A DNA stretch of 64,000 bases from Hydrogenophilales bacterium (GTDB lineage Bacteria > Pseudomonadota > Gammaproteobacteria > Burkholderiales > Eutrophovitaceae): assembly GCA_902601765.1 (NCBI GenBank), contig CACKOO010000001.1, positions 807 through 64,806 on the forward strand, given 5' to 3'. Made by a program: the position numbers and the translations under genes. Below the pieces are notes generated by a model. It was not told the DNA's origin. It ran no database searches and was given only the letters and a program-made list of their open reading frames with translations. Shown here in pieces: positions 17,869 through 28,881 of this stretch. Every line of letters starts with the position of its first letter. The stretch's first letter is position 1.

Positions 17869-18645
17869 ATGAAGAAAATAATACAAAATATGGTATTAGG
17901 ATTGTCTCTTGTTACCGGTGGATTGGAAGCGCAGGAAACCGGTACGGATAGAGTTTTTATCAAAGATGTTGCAGGAATTTGGATAAATCAGTCGTATATA
18001 AAGCAACTAGAGCAGATAAAAATGCCACATGTTGTTGCAAAAAAATCTCCACCATTAATCATCGCGATTCGCCGAGCTGGGAACTCATTTCCAATAGTCG
18101 TGACTGATTTCAAAGAAGCTGCTCTTCATGTTGTTTTAGATTTGGAGCCAGACAAAAAGCTCGGCTCATATCGTCTCGTATTAGCTGAAGACAATAAGCC
18201 CATTTCTGCTGATAAAGTGAAACTATTGTATTTTCGTGGTCTTCGTAATTTTGAAGGAAAATTTAAAAAGCTTGAAATGGCCGAGATTTTTTTCAAAAAA
18301 GGACAATGGGATACTTACATTAACGTTGGGAATAAAATCGGTCCCTTTGTAAACAAAACTGTTATAGCGGGGCGTTATGAAGATAAAAAAGGTAATCTTT
18401 GGGAATTTTCTCCCGATGGACAGGCATACCTACCTGATCAGACGTTTTACTATGAGCTTTCATTACGAGACCAAACGGCTGGTTGCGAGTATATTGAGGG
18501 AGAGGATTTGAGAGCAGAGGATGGCATAAAAAGAATCGGCTATGCTTGGGAAAAAGGGAAGTTAGACTTATATGAGTCGTATATCGATGGTGATGTTGTA
18601 AGATGTAAACCCAAACCGTTTGAGACATTAAGTCCGTTAAGTTAA
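17869..18645 (+). CDS. Hypothetical secreted beta-rich protein
   Basis: 258-aa ORF filling the gap co-directionally; Sec signal (MKK...LEA); no family recognised. Confidence 0.75.
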   Translation: MKKIIQNMVLGLSLVTGGLEAQETGTDRVFIKDVAGIWINQSYIKQLEQIKMPHVVAKKSPPLIIAIRRAGNSFPIVVTDFKEAALHVVLDLEPDKKLGSYRLVLAEDNKPISADKVKLLYFRGLRNFEGKFKKLEMAEIFFKKGQWDTYINVGNKIGPFVNKTVIAGRYEDKKGNLWEFSPDGQAYLPDQTFYYELSLRDQTAGCEYIEGEDLRAEDGIKRIGYAWEKGKLDLYESYIDGDVVRCKPKPFETLSPLS

Positions 18646-18653
18646 TAGAAAAA

Positions 18654-20090
18654 ATGAGTACAAGGTTGGCGAACGGATCCGACAACATTCAGGATAAGCT
18701 AGACGATATTCAAAACATCATTGAAAAACATCGAATTGTTGAAGGGCTAGTACACAAGCAAAAAATAGCCCGTCAAGGACTAGTGGAAACTTTGGTAGAA
18801 AAACAAAATCTCCACCAGCTTAAAAATAAATTGAATGATTTGCATCCCGCAGATAAAGCAATGCTATTAGAGCAACTTCCATTACCTGAGAGGCTCACAG
18901 TCTGGGAGTTAGTTAAGTCTGACAACGATGGAGAAGTTTTGCTTGAGTTGACCGATGCAGTCCGGGAATCGTTAATCGAGAATATGAATGCGCAGGAATT
19001 GCTAGCAGCTACCGAGCAGCTTGATACAGATGAAATTGCTGATTTAGCTCCAGATCTTCCTAAAGGTGTAATAGCGGATGTTTTTAAGTCTCTTCCAACC
19101 GAGGAAAGAGAGCACTTGCAAGCCGCGCTATCTTATCCTCCAGATAGTGTAGGAGCACTCATGGATTTTGACATGGTTACCATACCAGAGGATGTAACGC
19201 TCGAGGTGGTTATGACTAAATTGCGAGGATTAGAGCGATTACCTGAAAATACCGATCAACTTTTTGTGCTAGATCGGTCTGGTGGTTTGCGTGGTGGATT
19301 GCTTTTGAATCGACTGATTGTTTCTAAACTTACTCAAACAGTATCCGATGTAATGAATTTAGAAACAGTATCTTTCCGGGTTACGGATAAGGCTGGCCAG
19401 GCTGCGAGTGCATTTGAAAGGTATGATTTGGCATCTGCACCGGTTTTAGATGAGAATGATCGAGTGACTGGACGATTGATTGTCTCTGATATTGTAGATT
19501 ATATAAAAAATGAAGAAGACTCGGAAAATCTAGGGAAAGTAGGTTTAAGAGATGAGGACCTATTTGCCACGGTATGGAAAAGCGCGCGTAACAGGTGGCT
19601 TTGGTTGGGGGTTAATTTATCAACAGCAGTTATAGCATCCCGAGCAATTAGTCTATTTGAGGGTTCGATCGAAAAGCTGGTTGCATTAGCCGCCCTCATG
19701 CCTATAGTGGCTGCAGTTGCCGGAAATACTGGAAATCAAACCATAACTCTGATTGTACGGGCAATTGCTTTTGGTGACATTACCCGAAGCAATGTAGGGA
19801 GGTTGTTTGTCAAAGAGTTGTCTGTTGGACTCTTAAATGGAATTCTATGGGGTAGCGTTGCAGGAATATTTACTTGGTGGCTTTATGGGCAAGCTTTGCT
19901 TGGCTTAGTCATGACGGGTGCGATGATTTTAAACCTGTTAGTAGCTGCAGCAGTCGGTATGTTAGTTCCATTAGGGTTACATAAAATTGGCCGCGATCCT
20001 GCCATAGGTTCGGCTGTTTTGCTGGGATTTACCACTGACAGTATGGGGTTTATGATATTTTTGGGTTTAGCAACTTTAGTGTTAATTTAA
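18654..20090 (+). CDS. mgtE: Magnesium transporter
   Basis: LHPAD N-domain, CBS pair, [31 protein letters not shown] and TTDSMG. Confidence 0.96.
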   Translation: MSTRLANGSDNIQDKLDDIQNIIEKHRIVEGLVHKQKIARQGLVETLVEKQNLHQLKNKLNDLHPADKAMLLEQLPLPERLTVWELVKSDNDGEVLLELTDAVRESLIENMNAQELLAATEQLDTDEIADLAPDLPKGVIADVFKSLPTEEREHLQAALSYPPDSVGALMDFDMVTIPEDVTLEVVMTKLRGLERLPENTDQLFVLDRSGGLRGGLLLNRLIVSKLTQTVSDVMNLETVSFRVTDKAGQAASAFERYDLASAPVLDENDRVTGRLIVSDIVDYIKNEEDSENLGKVGLRDEDLFATVWKSARNRWLWLGVNLSTAVIASRAISLFEGSIEKLVALAALMPIVAAVAGNTGNQTITLIVRAIAFGDITRSNVGRLFVKELSVGLLNGILWGSVAGIFTWWLYGQALLGLVMTGAMILNLLVAAAVGMLVPLGLHKIGRDPAIGSAVLLGFTTDSMGFMIFLGLATLVLI

Positions 20091-20106
20091 AAAAGTGATA
20101 TTTTTT

Positions 20107-21048
20107 ATGAGCTATAAAACTAAGTTATCAAGTCGTGATGTTACTCCCAAAACGTTATGGGATCGCCGAAAAACATTAAAGCTGGCGCCTTGGGTTTTGT
20201 TTCAAGGGCTATTTTTTCTTCCAAAACTGACGGAAGCTCGGGATACAGTAGGCAAAAAGTTAAAATCTTTGAAAGATAAATTATTTTCAACAACAGAGCC
20301 TTTGACCGCTTATTCAAAAGCAACTTCTTATAATAATTATTATGAGTTTGGGACCGATAAAAGTGATCCAAAAAAATATGCATATCAACTCGAAATCGAA
20401 CCATGGGTTGTTCGGGTCGAGGGACATGTGTCCCAACCGAAAGATTTTACTATGAATGAGTTGCTCACATTGGCACCGATGGAAGAAAGAGTCTATCGAT
20501 TGAGATGCGTCGAGGGCTGGTCAATGGTGATACCATGGATAGGCTATTCTCTTTCAGAATTACTTCGCAGGGTTGCTCCCACCAAAGATGCTCGATATGT
20601 CGAGTTCACTACAGTTTACAGGCCAGACCAAATGCCAGGACAAAGAAAACCGATATTAGATTGGCCGTATACAGAAGGACTGAGATTAGATGAAGCTATG
20701 AATCCTCTCACCTTGCTGTCATTTGGTATGTATGGTTCATTTTCCCCAAATCAGAATGGAGCTCCGGTAAGGGTAATTGTTCCTTGGAAATATGGATTTA
20801 AAAGCGCGAAATCAATAGTATCTATACGACTTACAGAAAAAGAGCCACAAACTACTTGGGTTAAGGCTTCCCCTAAGGAATACGGCTTTTATTCCAATGT
20901 AAATCCTAGCGTAAATCATCCGCGATGGAGTCAGGCAAGAGAAAGACGAATCGGTGAGTTTAGAAAGAGAGATACGTTACTTTTTAATGGTTATGGAGAC
21001 CAGGTAGCTAAGCTTTATGAAGGAATGAATCTGGAAAAATATTTTTGA
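20107..21048 (+). CDS. msrP: Protein-methionine-sulfoxide reductase catalytic subunit
   Basis: Twin-arginine [32 protein letters not shown] and PWKYGFKS. Start is ATG 20107 or GTG 20095. Confidence 0.95.
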   Translation: MSYKTKLSSRDVTPKTLWDRRKTLKLAPWVLFQGLFFLPKLTEARDTVGKKLKSLKDKLFSTTEPLTAYSKATSYNNYYEFGTDKSDPKKYAYQLEIEPWVVRVEGHVSQPKDFTMNELLTLAPMEERVYRLRCVEGWSMVIPWIGYSLSELLRRVAPTKDARYVEFTTVYRPDQMPGQRKPILDWPYTEGLRLDEAMNPLTLLSFGMYGSFSPNQNGAPVRVIVPWKYGFKSAKSIVSIRLTEKEPQTTWVKASPKEYGFYSNVNPSVNHPRWSQARERRIGEFRKRDTLLFNGYGDQVAKLYEGMNLEKYF

Positions 21049-21060
21049 TAAGGTGTCAGT

Positions 21061-21675
21061 TTGGTAAAGCCTGGATTTAGAACCTTTTCTTTTTACAATA
21101 AACTTATTTTTTTGTTCTGTTTATCGCCATTAATTTATTTAATAATACGCACACTGTCAGGCAATTTATCAGCTAACCCCATAGAGGATTTAACTCACTC
21201 CAGCGGTTGGTGGGCGCTAACAACTTTGGTTATAACATTGGTTGTTACACCACTAAAAATAATTTTTAAGAAGCCTCAAATATTATTTTTTAGAAGAACT
21301 CTAGGACTATTTTCGTTTTTTTACGCGAGCATTCATTTTGTAACATGGATTGCTCTTGAACAATTTTTTGACTGGGAAGCGATGGTTTTGGATGTTCTAG
21401 ATAGGCCATTTATTACCTTAGGTGTAATTGCTTTTGTATTAATGATCCCTTTGGCCGCAACATCTCCTTATCAAATAAGAAAAAAAATAGGTAATAATGT
21501 ATGGAAAAAGATACATAGGTTAATTTATTTCGCGGTATTAATTGCAGTTTTACATTTTTTATGGCTCGTAAAAAAAGATTTAACAGAGCCATTTATATTT
21601 TTATTTATTGTCCTTATGTTGTTGGGTTTTCGTGTATTCATGTGGTGTACTAAATTTTTTCCCAAAGACCAATGA
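21061..21675 (+). CDS. msrQ: Protein-methionine-sulfoxide reductase heme-binding subunit
   Basis: Motifs ANPIE, RRTLGL, YASIH, PLAATS and WKKIHRLIY...H; follows msrP. Confidence 0.93.
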   Translation: MVKPGFRTFSFYNKLIFLFCLSPLIYLIIRTLSGNLSANPIEDLTHSSGWWALTTLVITLVVTPLKIIFKKPQILFFRRTLGLFSFFYASIHFVTWIALEQFFDWEAMVLDVLDRPFITLGVIAFVLMIPLAATSPYQIRKKIGNNVWKKIHRLIYFAVLIAVLHFLWLVKKDLTEPFIFLFIVLMLLGFRVFMWCTKFFPKDQ

Positions 21676-21688
21676 TTTTATTTTCGTT

Positions 21689-22579
21689 TTAATTTTTTGA
21701 GGCCAGGAAAACTCCGAAGATTAATAAAATAAAAGACATCAAGTGTACCCCACCCACTCTTTCACAGAAAAACATATAGCCTAAAACAGCTGCTCCGATT
21801 GGCTCACACACTATCGCCAAAGACACTAAAGTGGCGGAGACTTTCCGAGTTATTGATATTATTATTGTATGTCCAACTACCTGTGGACCCAAAGCCAGAA
21901 GGAAAAAAATTAATAAAACTTCTTGTGTAAAAATGAAACCCGACAATTTATCGGAAGATGAAAATAATAATACACTAAGTGATAATGAAGCAAATCCATA
22001 GGTCAAAAACACATACTCAAATAGCTGTATTTTATTTTTTACTGCCCTCGCTAAAATGAGATATACAGCCATGAGAATAGCTCCACCACTGGCAAAAAGA
22101 TATCCCTGAATTGCCTGGCTAGAGTCGCCATCAGATACGCCTGTATTGAAAAGGAAAAGTCCACCTAAACCACTAATTATGACTCCGAGTATATTACGAT
22201 AATTAACAGATTCCTTGAGTAAAATAAACGAAAAAAGAGTCACCCATGCTGGACTAGTAGTTACCAGAGCTGTGCTTTCAGCTATGGAAATATATAAAAG
22301 AGACTCGATCCAAAAAATAAAATGTAATCCGAGGATAATCCCTGAAATTACAGTCACTCCTATAATTGCAATTCCAACTCTTTGAATTTCATTTCTTCTG
22401 AAAATAAAAACTAAAGGCAGTAAAAGAAAAAAAGCGCAGGCCATACGGCCGTGAGCAATGAGTAAGGAACTGATACCCTCAGCCTGTAATAGCCTTATGA
22501 ACACCGATGCTGTGGAGATTATTACTATTGCTAATACTAAGGATAAAACGAAGGAATATTCACCTAAGTTACGATTCAT
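21689..22579 (-). CDS. DMT/EamA family transporter
   Basis: About 10 hydrophobic segments; motifs HFIFWIESL, PQVVGH and EPIGA. Confidence 0.88.
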   Translation of the reverse strand: MNRNLGEYSFVLSLVLAIVIISTASVFIRLLQAEGISSLLIAHGRMACAFFLLLPLVFIFRRNEIQRVGIAIIGVTVISGIILGLHFIFWIESLLYISIAESTALVTTSPAWVTLFSFILLKESVNYRNILGVIISGLGGLFLFNTGVSDGDSSQAIQGYLFASGGAILMAVYLILARAVKNKIQLFEYVFLTYGFASLSLSVLLFSSSDKLSGFIFTQEVLLIFFLLALGPQVVGHTIIISITRKVSATLVSLAIVCEPIGAAVLGYMFFCERVGGVHLMSFILLIFGVFLASKN

Positions 22580-22585
22580 TGGAAC

Positions 22586-23023
22586 TTAATGAGTTTTTTT
22601 AGGTATTCCCGGCACTGGAACGACGTCAATTCCTTCTTCTTGAAGATCTTGAACGTCTGTTTCTGACGCGTGTCCTCTAATAAATCTGGCAGGTGCTTCC
22701 TCATAGTGAATCCTACGAGCCTCTTCAGGAAAACGATCTCCAACATCCTCTGTGGATTTAAGTACATGATCGATTATTTCATTTCTAATAGTGTTCAAGT
22801 CTTTTGTCGATAAATTTGGATTTACAGAAGTTTTTTTCTTCTTTTGGGTCTGTAAGTTTTTGGTATTCACGTAAGGTGCTGAAATTCTTTTCTCTATACA
22901 TTTCGAGGCGCATTGCGGACAGGAAATTTGGTTTTTATCATTTTGTTTATTATAGTCTTCGGCCGAGGAAAACCACCCCTCGAAATTATGATTGTTAGGA
23001 CATGTTAAATTAAATACAATCAT
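22586..23023 (-). CDS. DUF1178 family protein (Zn-ribbon)
   Basis: Motifs C-x3-H-x-FEGWF, CPQC, SAP and EDVGDRFPEEARRIHYEE. Confidence 0.9.
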   Translation of the reverse strand: MIVFNLTCPNNHNFEGWFSSAEDYNKQNDKNQISCPQCASKCIEKRISAPYVNTKNLQTQKKKKTSVNPNLSTKDLNTIRNEIIDHVLKSTEDVGDRFPEEARRIHYEEAPARFIRGHASETDVQDLQEEGIDVVPVPGIPKKTH

Positions 23024-23108
23024 AGAATACCTGTTTGTAATCGCTGAGAAAATTGAATAAAGATATTTGTAAAAATATAGCTAAGAAATTGTAAAAATAC
23101 AATCACAC

Positions 23109-24353
23109 TCATGGAATAATTTCGTCGTTGAAAAGTTCCTCTGGTTTTTCCCTTTTTTTTATGAGGGTTGATGTGCCTCCTTCAATTAATATTTCAGGCG
23201 CTCTTCCTCTTGAGTTGTAGTTAGAGGCCATGCTCATGGCGTAGGCCCCAGCCCCCATTATTGCCAAAAAATCACCTTGTTTTAATGCTAATTTACGGTT
23301 CTTACCAAGAAAATCACCCGTTTCACAAATAGGGCCAACTACTTCAAAGATTTGACCTTCCGAGTCTTCCGGTTTTATTACTTCTTTCATTTGATGATAC
23401 GACTGGTAAAGCGCGGGTCTTACCAAATCATTCATCGCGGCATCTACAATTAAAAAGTTTTTATCTTCACCTTTTTTAATATATTCCACTTTAGTCAAAA
23501 TGATTCCGGCGAGACCCGTAATAGACCTTCCAGGTTCCAGCAATATCCTATTGGTTTTATCTCCCATCGCTTTGATAAGTGAATCTACCCAATCCTTGGG
23601 TTTTGGAGGAATTTCGTTTTCGTACGATATTCCTAGCCCTCCTCCAAAGTCAAAATTTTCAATTTTAATACCTATTTTTTGCAAATCATCCGATAATCTT
23701 AAAATACGATTTACGGAATCTATAAAAGGTAATTTGTCCAACATTTGGCTACCTATGTGACAATCAATTCCATGGATTTTCAGGTGCATAGATTCCTTTG
23801 CCTTTTTATACATTGGTATTGCGTCTTTCCATGGAATTCCAAATTTGTTTTCTTTTAATCCTGTGGATATATACGGATGAGTTTTTGCATCTACATCAGG
23901 ATTAACCCTGAGACTAATATTTGCGGTCTTATTTAGTTGCTTACAGACATCTTCGATGCAGTCTAGTTCCCCGTAAGACTCCACATTAAAACAGTAAATG
24001 CCGACCGAAAGAGCAAATTTTATTTCTTCTTTAGTTTTTCCAATCCCAGAAAAAACAACTTTTTTGGGATCCCCCCCTGCAGCTATGACTCGCTGCAATT
24101 CTCCGCCGGAAACAATATCAAAACCACTACCTAACTTTGATAATAAATTGAGAATTGCAATATTTGAATTTGCTTTTACGGCAAAGCAAATTAGGTGGGA
24201 TCGACTACCAAAAGCATTTTTATACTCTTTAAAGCTTTGGGTAATCGCAGCTTTAGAGTATACATAACAGGGAGTGCCGAATTCCTCTGCTAACGAGAGT
24301 AGTGAGGTATCCTCAAAATAGAGTTTGTTTTTTTTGTAACAACAGTATTGCAA
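23109..24353 (-). CDS. lysA: Diaminopimelate decarboxylase
   Basis: Motifs AVKAN (PLP lysine), DIVSGGE, HPYISTGL, HIGSQ, EPGR, GPICETGD and SNYN; TTG start. Confidence 0.97.
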   Translation of the reverse strand: MQYCCYKKNKLYFEDTSLLSLAEEFGTPCYVYSKAAITQSFKEYKNAFGSRSHLICFAVKANSNIAILNLLSKLGSGFDIVSGGELQRVIAAGGDPKKVVFSGIGKTKEEIKFALSVGIYCFNVESYGELDCIEDVCKQLNKTANISLRVNPDVDAKTHPYISTGLKENKFGIPWKDAIPMYKKAKESMHLKIHGIDCHIGSQMLDKLPFIDSVNRILRLSDDLQKIGIKIENFDFGGGLGISYENEIPPKPKDWVDSLIKAMGDKTNRILLEPGRSITGLAGIILTKVEYIKKGEDKNFLIVDAAMNDLVRPALYQSYHQMKEVIKPEDSEGQIFEVVGPICETGDFLGKNRKLALKQGDFLAIMGAGAYAMSMASNYNSRGRAPEILIEGGTSTLIKKREKPEELFNDEIIP

Positions 24354-24354
24354 T

Positions 24355-24483
24355 TTATTGTGCCTTTTCTATTTTCGTTTTTTCCATATCAATAATGTAT
24401 AAATCCCCGCGGGCGCCGCAACTTGCATTGCATAGAATGATTAGGATAACAATAATTGCTTTAGAAAAATATTTATTATTCAT
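24355..24483 (-). CDS. lptM: Small lipoprotein, LptM/LppL/YifL-like (42 aa; not in the ORF track)
   Basis: Translated by hand: MNNKYFSKAIIVILIILCNASCGARGDLYIIDMEKTKIEKAQ. CGARGDLY resembles CGxKGPLY. Its stop is 1 nt before the lysA start, the family's usual position. Confidence 0.8.
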   Translation of the reverse strand: MNNKYFSKAIIVILIILCNASCGARGDLYIIDMEKTKIEKAQ

Positions 24484-24517
24484 ACATATAGTTTTTCAAG
24501 TTTATTCGATAGCTTAA

Positions 24518-25267
24518 TTAATCTCTCGCATTACCTATTTTTCGAGTCTCATTTAATATCCAAGTCTCGACTTTTCTATTTAATTCCTTGACCGGAATAC
24601 CTTGTGGATTTATCGGAGGGCCTATGCTTACTGTAATCGTTCCAGGATATTTCAAGATTGCATTTTTACCCCAAATAGTACCTGCATTATGAGCGACTGG
24701 AGTAATATTGGTTCCTGTTTTGGAGGCGACAAATGCTCCCCCTATTTGAAAGTCTCTGGATTCACCCGGATTTGATCGTGTACCTTCGGGAAAAATGACT
24801 ATGCAAAATCCCTTTTTGAGCCGATCTTTACCTTGCTGAATAGTTTGTCGGAGTGCTTGCGCCCCAGATGATCGGTCTATTGCAATTGGGCTGGTCATCG
24901 CCAAACCCCACCCAAAAAATGGAATCCTAAGCAACTCTTGTTTTAATACCCACACTTGAGGTGGAAAGATTAATTGAAATGCTAAGGTTTCCCAAGCTGA
25001 CTGGTGATTAGAAAGAATTATCGATGGTTTTTTTTGCAAGTTATCTTCTCCGATAATCCTGTAGTTGACGCCGCAAATATAACCAGCGGTTTTTACTAAT
25101 ATAACAGCCCATATTTTAATTATTTTATATCTATTTAAAGGAGGTAGGAAAAATATAAAAAGTGATATGCATGCGAACATGATGGTGAGAAAGAATCTTA
25201 TTATCTCAAATAAAAAAGATCTCGTTAACCAAAAACTAATTGATAGTAGTGATGTTTTTCGCTGCAT
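24518..25267 (-). CDS. plsC: 1-acyl-sn-glycerol-3-phosphate acyltransferase
   Basis: Motifs NHQSAWET, PFFGW and FPEGTR. Start uncertain; ATG 25267 gives the smallest ATG overlap with gmhB. Confidence 0.9.
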   Translation of the reverse strand: MQRKTSLLSISFWLTRSFLFEIIRFFLTIMFACISLFIFFLPPLNRYKIIKIWAVILVKTAGYICGVNYRIIGEDNLQKKPSIILSNHQSAWETLAFQLIFPPQVWVLKQELLRIPFFGWGLAMTSPIAIDRSSGAQALRQTIQQGKDRLKKGFCIVIFPEGTRSNPGESRDFQIGGAFVASKTGTNITPVAHNAGTIWGKNAILKYPGTITVSIGPPINPQGIPVKELNRKVETWILNETRKIGNARD

Positions 25268-25775
25268 GGGCAAGGGTTTTGTAGATAACCGTATTGGGTG
25301 GAATTTCAGGATTTTCTCGAGTTTTCTGTCCATTACCAGTTAATACCAGAATGGGAATGTACCCAGCATTCTCGGCAGCCTTCAAATCTCTTAGGGAATC
25401 TCCAATAAAAGGAATTCCTTCAGGAGACACATTGAATCTACGTGCTATATCTAACAACATACCTGGTTTAGGTTTGCGACACGTGCAAGATGGACTATCC
25501 AAGCATGGGCAATAAAATATCGCATGAATTTTTCCACCGGCTTTTTTAACTTTAGAATGCATTTTTTGATTAATAGAATTTAGCTGTGTCATGTTAAATA
25601 GATTCCTTTCAATACCAGCTTGATTGGTTGCTACCACCACGCGAAAGCCAGCTCTATTGAATCTTGCAATAGCTTCTATACTTCCAGGAATCTCTGTCCA
25701 TTCATCAGGATTTTTTACATATTCGTCACTATCTTCATTTATTACCCCATCTCTATCCAACACTACAATTTTCAT
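25236..25775 (-). CDS. gmhB: D-glycero-beta-D-manno-heptose-1,7-bisphosphate 7-phosphatase
   Basis: Motifs LDRDGVIN, TNQAG, CxCRKPKPGM and GDSLRD. Confidence 0.95.
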   Translation of the reverse strand: MKIVVLDRDGVINEDSDEYVKNPDEWTEIPGSIEAIARFNRAGFRVVVATNQAGIERNLFNMTQLNSINQKMHSKVKKAGGKIHAIFYCPCLDSPSCTCRKPKPGMLLDIARRFNVSPEGIPFIGDSLRDLKAAENAGYIPILVLTGNGQKTRENPEIPPNTVIYKTLAHAAKNITTIN

Positions 25776-25793
25776 AATTATTTAAAAGTAAAT

Positions 25794-27905
25794 TTACGAT
25801 TTAGGTGTAAGGTTCAATACAGCTATGTTAGCTACTCTGTTCAAAAGTAATTCGAGAGAGTTTAATAAAGCTAGTCGATTATTTTTTTTGTTTTCGTCTT
25901 TGTCTATTACAAGGACATCATTAAAAAAATTGTCTACGTGTGGTGCAATACTAGAAAGCAATTTTAACGCTTCTTCAAACTTACTTGTCTTTAGAAAGTC
26001 TTCTATTTTTGGACTTAATTCTTGAATTTTATTATTGAGCTCTATTTCGGATTTATGTTCAAGCTGGCTAAAGATAATTTTGCGTGTGACAAAAGAATTT
26101 TTACGAAGTATATTTTTGATGCGTTTATTTGCAGCTGTCAAATTCCCAGCTTCTTTTAATAACTTAAAATTTCTTATAGCATATAGCAGGGACAGTATGT
26201 TTTCAAAGCTAATTATTTGTTTCTCTGCTACAGCTTCGATTTCGTCGGGACTAAATCCTTTATCTTTTAAATATCCTTTTAATCTTTCCAGTATAAAATC
26301 GTACACTTGGTTGGGGACATTTTCACGAGGAGATTTTATCACTATTTTTTCGATACCTTTGTGCAGTAAACGTCGCAAATCTATACTTATTTTATTTTCT
26401 ATTAAAATTCTAACTATACCTATCCCACACCTCCTTAATCCGTAGGGATCTTTGTCTCCTGTTGGAATTAAATTAATACTGAATATGGCAAGAATTAAAT
26501 CGACTTTATCTGCTAGTGCCACACACATTCCTATTTTTGTTTTTGGGATTAAATCAGATTGAAATCTCGGCAAATAATGGTCCTCAATAGCTTCGGCAAC
26601 ATTTTTGGTTTCCTTGTCTTTAAGTGCATAGTATTTCCCCATTGTTCCTTGAAGCTCTGGAAACTCTCCCACCATCTCTGTCGTAAGGTCTGTTTTACAT
26701 AATTGACCGGCCCTGTGCGCTTCCTCAGTGCTACACCCGATTAAATCAGCGATGTGCTGTGACAAGAAACTTATTCTGTTTGTTCGATCTAACAACGACC
26801 CTAGTTTATTGTGAAAAACCATATTTTTGAGCAGGTTAAGCCTTTTATTCAATTTAATTCTGCAGTCGGTTTCAAAGAAAAAACGCGCATCTTGCAATCT
26901 TGGTGTTATCACTCTTTTGTTACCTTCGATAATATTAGTAGGATTATCAAGATCCATGTTACTAACCACTAGGAATCTATTTGTTAATTTATCGTTATTA
27001 TCGAATAGTGGAAAAAACTTTTGGTGAGTAGTCATCGTCAGTATAAGGCACTCAGCAGGTAAAGTTAGAAACTCAGAATTGAAACTTGCGTTATATATAA
27101 CTGGCCATTCAACCAAAGCTGTTACTTCATCTATGAGATTTGACGGAGAGTTATCTGAAAGCTTGTATCCTAAGCGCTCTGCATGCTCTTGACACTGTCG
27201 TCTAATACTCGCTTTTCTTTTGGCAGAAGAGACAATAACCTTTCCAAGGTTAAATAACGTCTCTTCATAATCATCAGCGTGATCAAGCGTCACATTATTG
27301 TTTGTAAGAAATCTATGTCCTTTGGTATGGTTCGAGCTTTCCACTCCTAAAACGGTCGCGTTGACAGTTTTCCTACCATACATAGCCAACAGACCACGAA
27401 CAGGTCTAACAAACTTTATGTCAGTGACTCCATCGTCTAGTTGGTAGGTCATCAATTTTGGTATGGGCATTTTCCGAACAGCCCTGTCAAGCGCCCGATC
27501 TATCGCTTTCTCTAGGCAAACCCCGAGATCATTTTGTCGGATAAACAACATTTCTACTTTTCCAGATTTATCAGAATAGATATTTTTTAGTTGGTTTTCT
27601 TTGACCCCAATAGATTCCATTTTTTTTAAAAGTGATTTTGTTGGGTTCCCTTCTTCATCAAAACCTACCGAGGTTGGCACCAGCTTTTTAATAATTGTTT
27701 TTTGAGGTGCTTGAGATCTAACTTTCTTTATTTGCAACGCTAAACGTCTAGGAGTTTCAAAGGAATAACACCTTGCATTTTCTTCCAAAAGTTCGAATTT
27801 TTTAAGAGATTGCATCATCTCGTTTTGCAAGCCGCTTGATAAATTGAGCAAAGCCGAAGGAGGCAATTCCTCCGTTAGAAGTTCAATTAATAGCGTATCA
27901 GACAT
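25794..27905 (-). CDS. glyS: Glycine--tRNA ligase beta subunit
   Basis: Motifs [39 protein letters not shown] and DPYGLRR. Start ATG 27905 overlaps the glyQ end. Confidence 0.96.
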   Translation of the reverse strand: MSDTLLIELLTEELPPSALLNLSSGLQNEMMQSLKKFELLEENARCYSFETPRRLALQIKKVRSQAPQKTIIKKLVPTSVGFDEEGNPTKSLLKKMESIGVKENQLKNIYSDKSGKVEMLFIRQNDLGVCLEKAIDRALDRAVRKMPIPKLMTYQLDDGVTDIKFVRPVRGLLAMYGRKTVNATVLGVESSNHTKGHRFLTNNNVTLDHADDYEETLFNLGKVIVSSAKRKASIRRQCQEHAERLGYKLSDNSPSNLIDEVTALVEWPVIYNASFNSEFLTLPAECLILTMTTHQKFFPLFDNNDKLTNRFLVVSNMDLDNPTNIIEGNKRVITPRLQDARFFFETDCRIKLNKRLNLLKNMVFHNKLGSLLDRTNRISFLSQHIADLIGCSTEEAHRAGQLCKTDLTTEMVGEFPELQGTMGKYYALKDKETKNVAEAIEDHYLPRFQSDLIPKTKIGMCVALADKVDLILAIFSINLIPTGDKDPYGLRRCGIGIVRILIENKISIDLRRLLHKGIEKIVIKSPRENVPNQVYDFILERLKGYLKDKGFSPDEIEAVAEKQIISFENILSLLYAIRNFKLLKEAGNLTAANKRIKNILRKNSFVTRKIIFSQLEHKSEIELNNKIQELSPKIEDFLKTSKFEEALKLLSSIAPHVDNFFNDVLVIDKDENKKNNRLALLNSLELLLNRVANIAVLNLTPKS

Positions 27906-28845
27906 TTTTGCTAATTTCTCGGTTATCCATTGTTTCCTGAAATTCATTTGGATCTAAAATGGCTTTCAAGTTTGATATTTCTGCTAACTGAAATCCAGTT
28001 TTTTTTCGTTCGGTATAAAAACATTTTGCGACATTTCGTGCGAGCGTTCTAACGCGAGCTATGTAACCAGCCCTTTCCGTAACAGATATTGCCCCACGAG
28101 AGTCTAAAAGATTAAAAATATGGGAACACTTGATAACTAGTTCATACCCTGGCAGACATAGCTGATGTTCTATAGTTTTATTAGCCTCTTTTTCACAAAT
28201 TTCAAAGCTCTGGACCAGCGTCCTTATGTCAGCTATTTCAAAGTTATAAGCGGATTGTTCCCTTTCATTTTGTTGAAAAATATCTCTGTAAGAGATGTCG
28301 CCATTCCAATTGATATCATATACGGTATTTTTTTCTTGTAGATACATTGCTATGCGTTCTAATCCGTATGTAATTTCTCCCAACATTGGTCTGCATGGGA
28401 GTCCCCCTACCTCTTGAAAGTACGTGAACTGTGTAATTTCCATTCCGTTTAGCCAGACCTCCCATCCAAGCCCCCAAGCTCCAAGTGAAGGTGACTCCCA
28501 ATTATCTTCGACAAACCGGATATCATGTTGACTATTATCCAGGCCGATAGCTTCTAAGGAATCCAAATATAACTCAATAATATTGCTGGGTGACGGTTTT
28601 AATACAACTTGAAATTGATAGTAATGCTGTAATCGATTAGGGTTATCCCCATATCTACCGTCTTTTGGTCTTCGACATGGTTGGACATAAGCAGATTTCC
28701 AGGGCTCGGGCCCGATCGCTCGCAAAAAAGTAGCTGGGTGAAACGTCCCTGCTCCAACTTCCATATCATGAGGTTGAAGAATAACGCAATTCTGCGTTGA
28801 CCAATATTTCTGAAGAGAAAGGATTATATCTTGAAAATTCTGCAT
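27898..28845 (-). CDS. glyQ: Glycine--tRNA ligase alpha subunit
   Basis: Motifs [35 protein letters not shown] and EITYGLER. Confidence 0.98.
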   Translation of the reverse strand: MQNFQDIILSLQKYWSTQNCVILQPHDMEVGAGTFHPATFLRAIGPEPWKSAYVQPCRRPKDGRYGDNPNRLQHYYQFQVVLKPSPSNIIELYLDSLEAIGLDNSQHDIRFVEDNWESPSLGAWGLGWEVWLNGMEITQFTYFQEVGGLPCRPMLGEITYGLERIAMYLQEKNTVYDINWNGDISYRDIFQQNEREQSAYNFEIADIRTLVQSFEICEKEANKTIEHQLCLPGYELVIKCSHIFNLLDSRGAISVTERAGYIARVRTLARNVAKCFYTERKKTGFQLAEISNLKAILDPNEFQETMDNREISKNV

Positions 28846-28881
28846 ATTATTTTAGGTACTTTTCATTCATTTACATTAATC

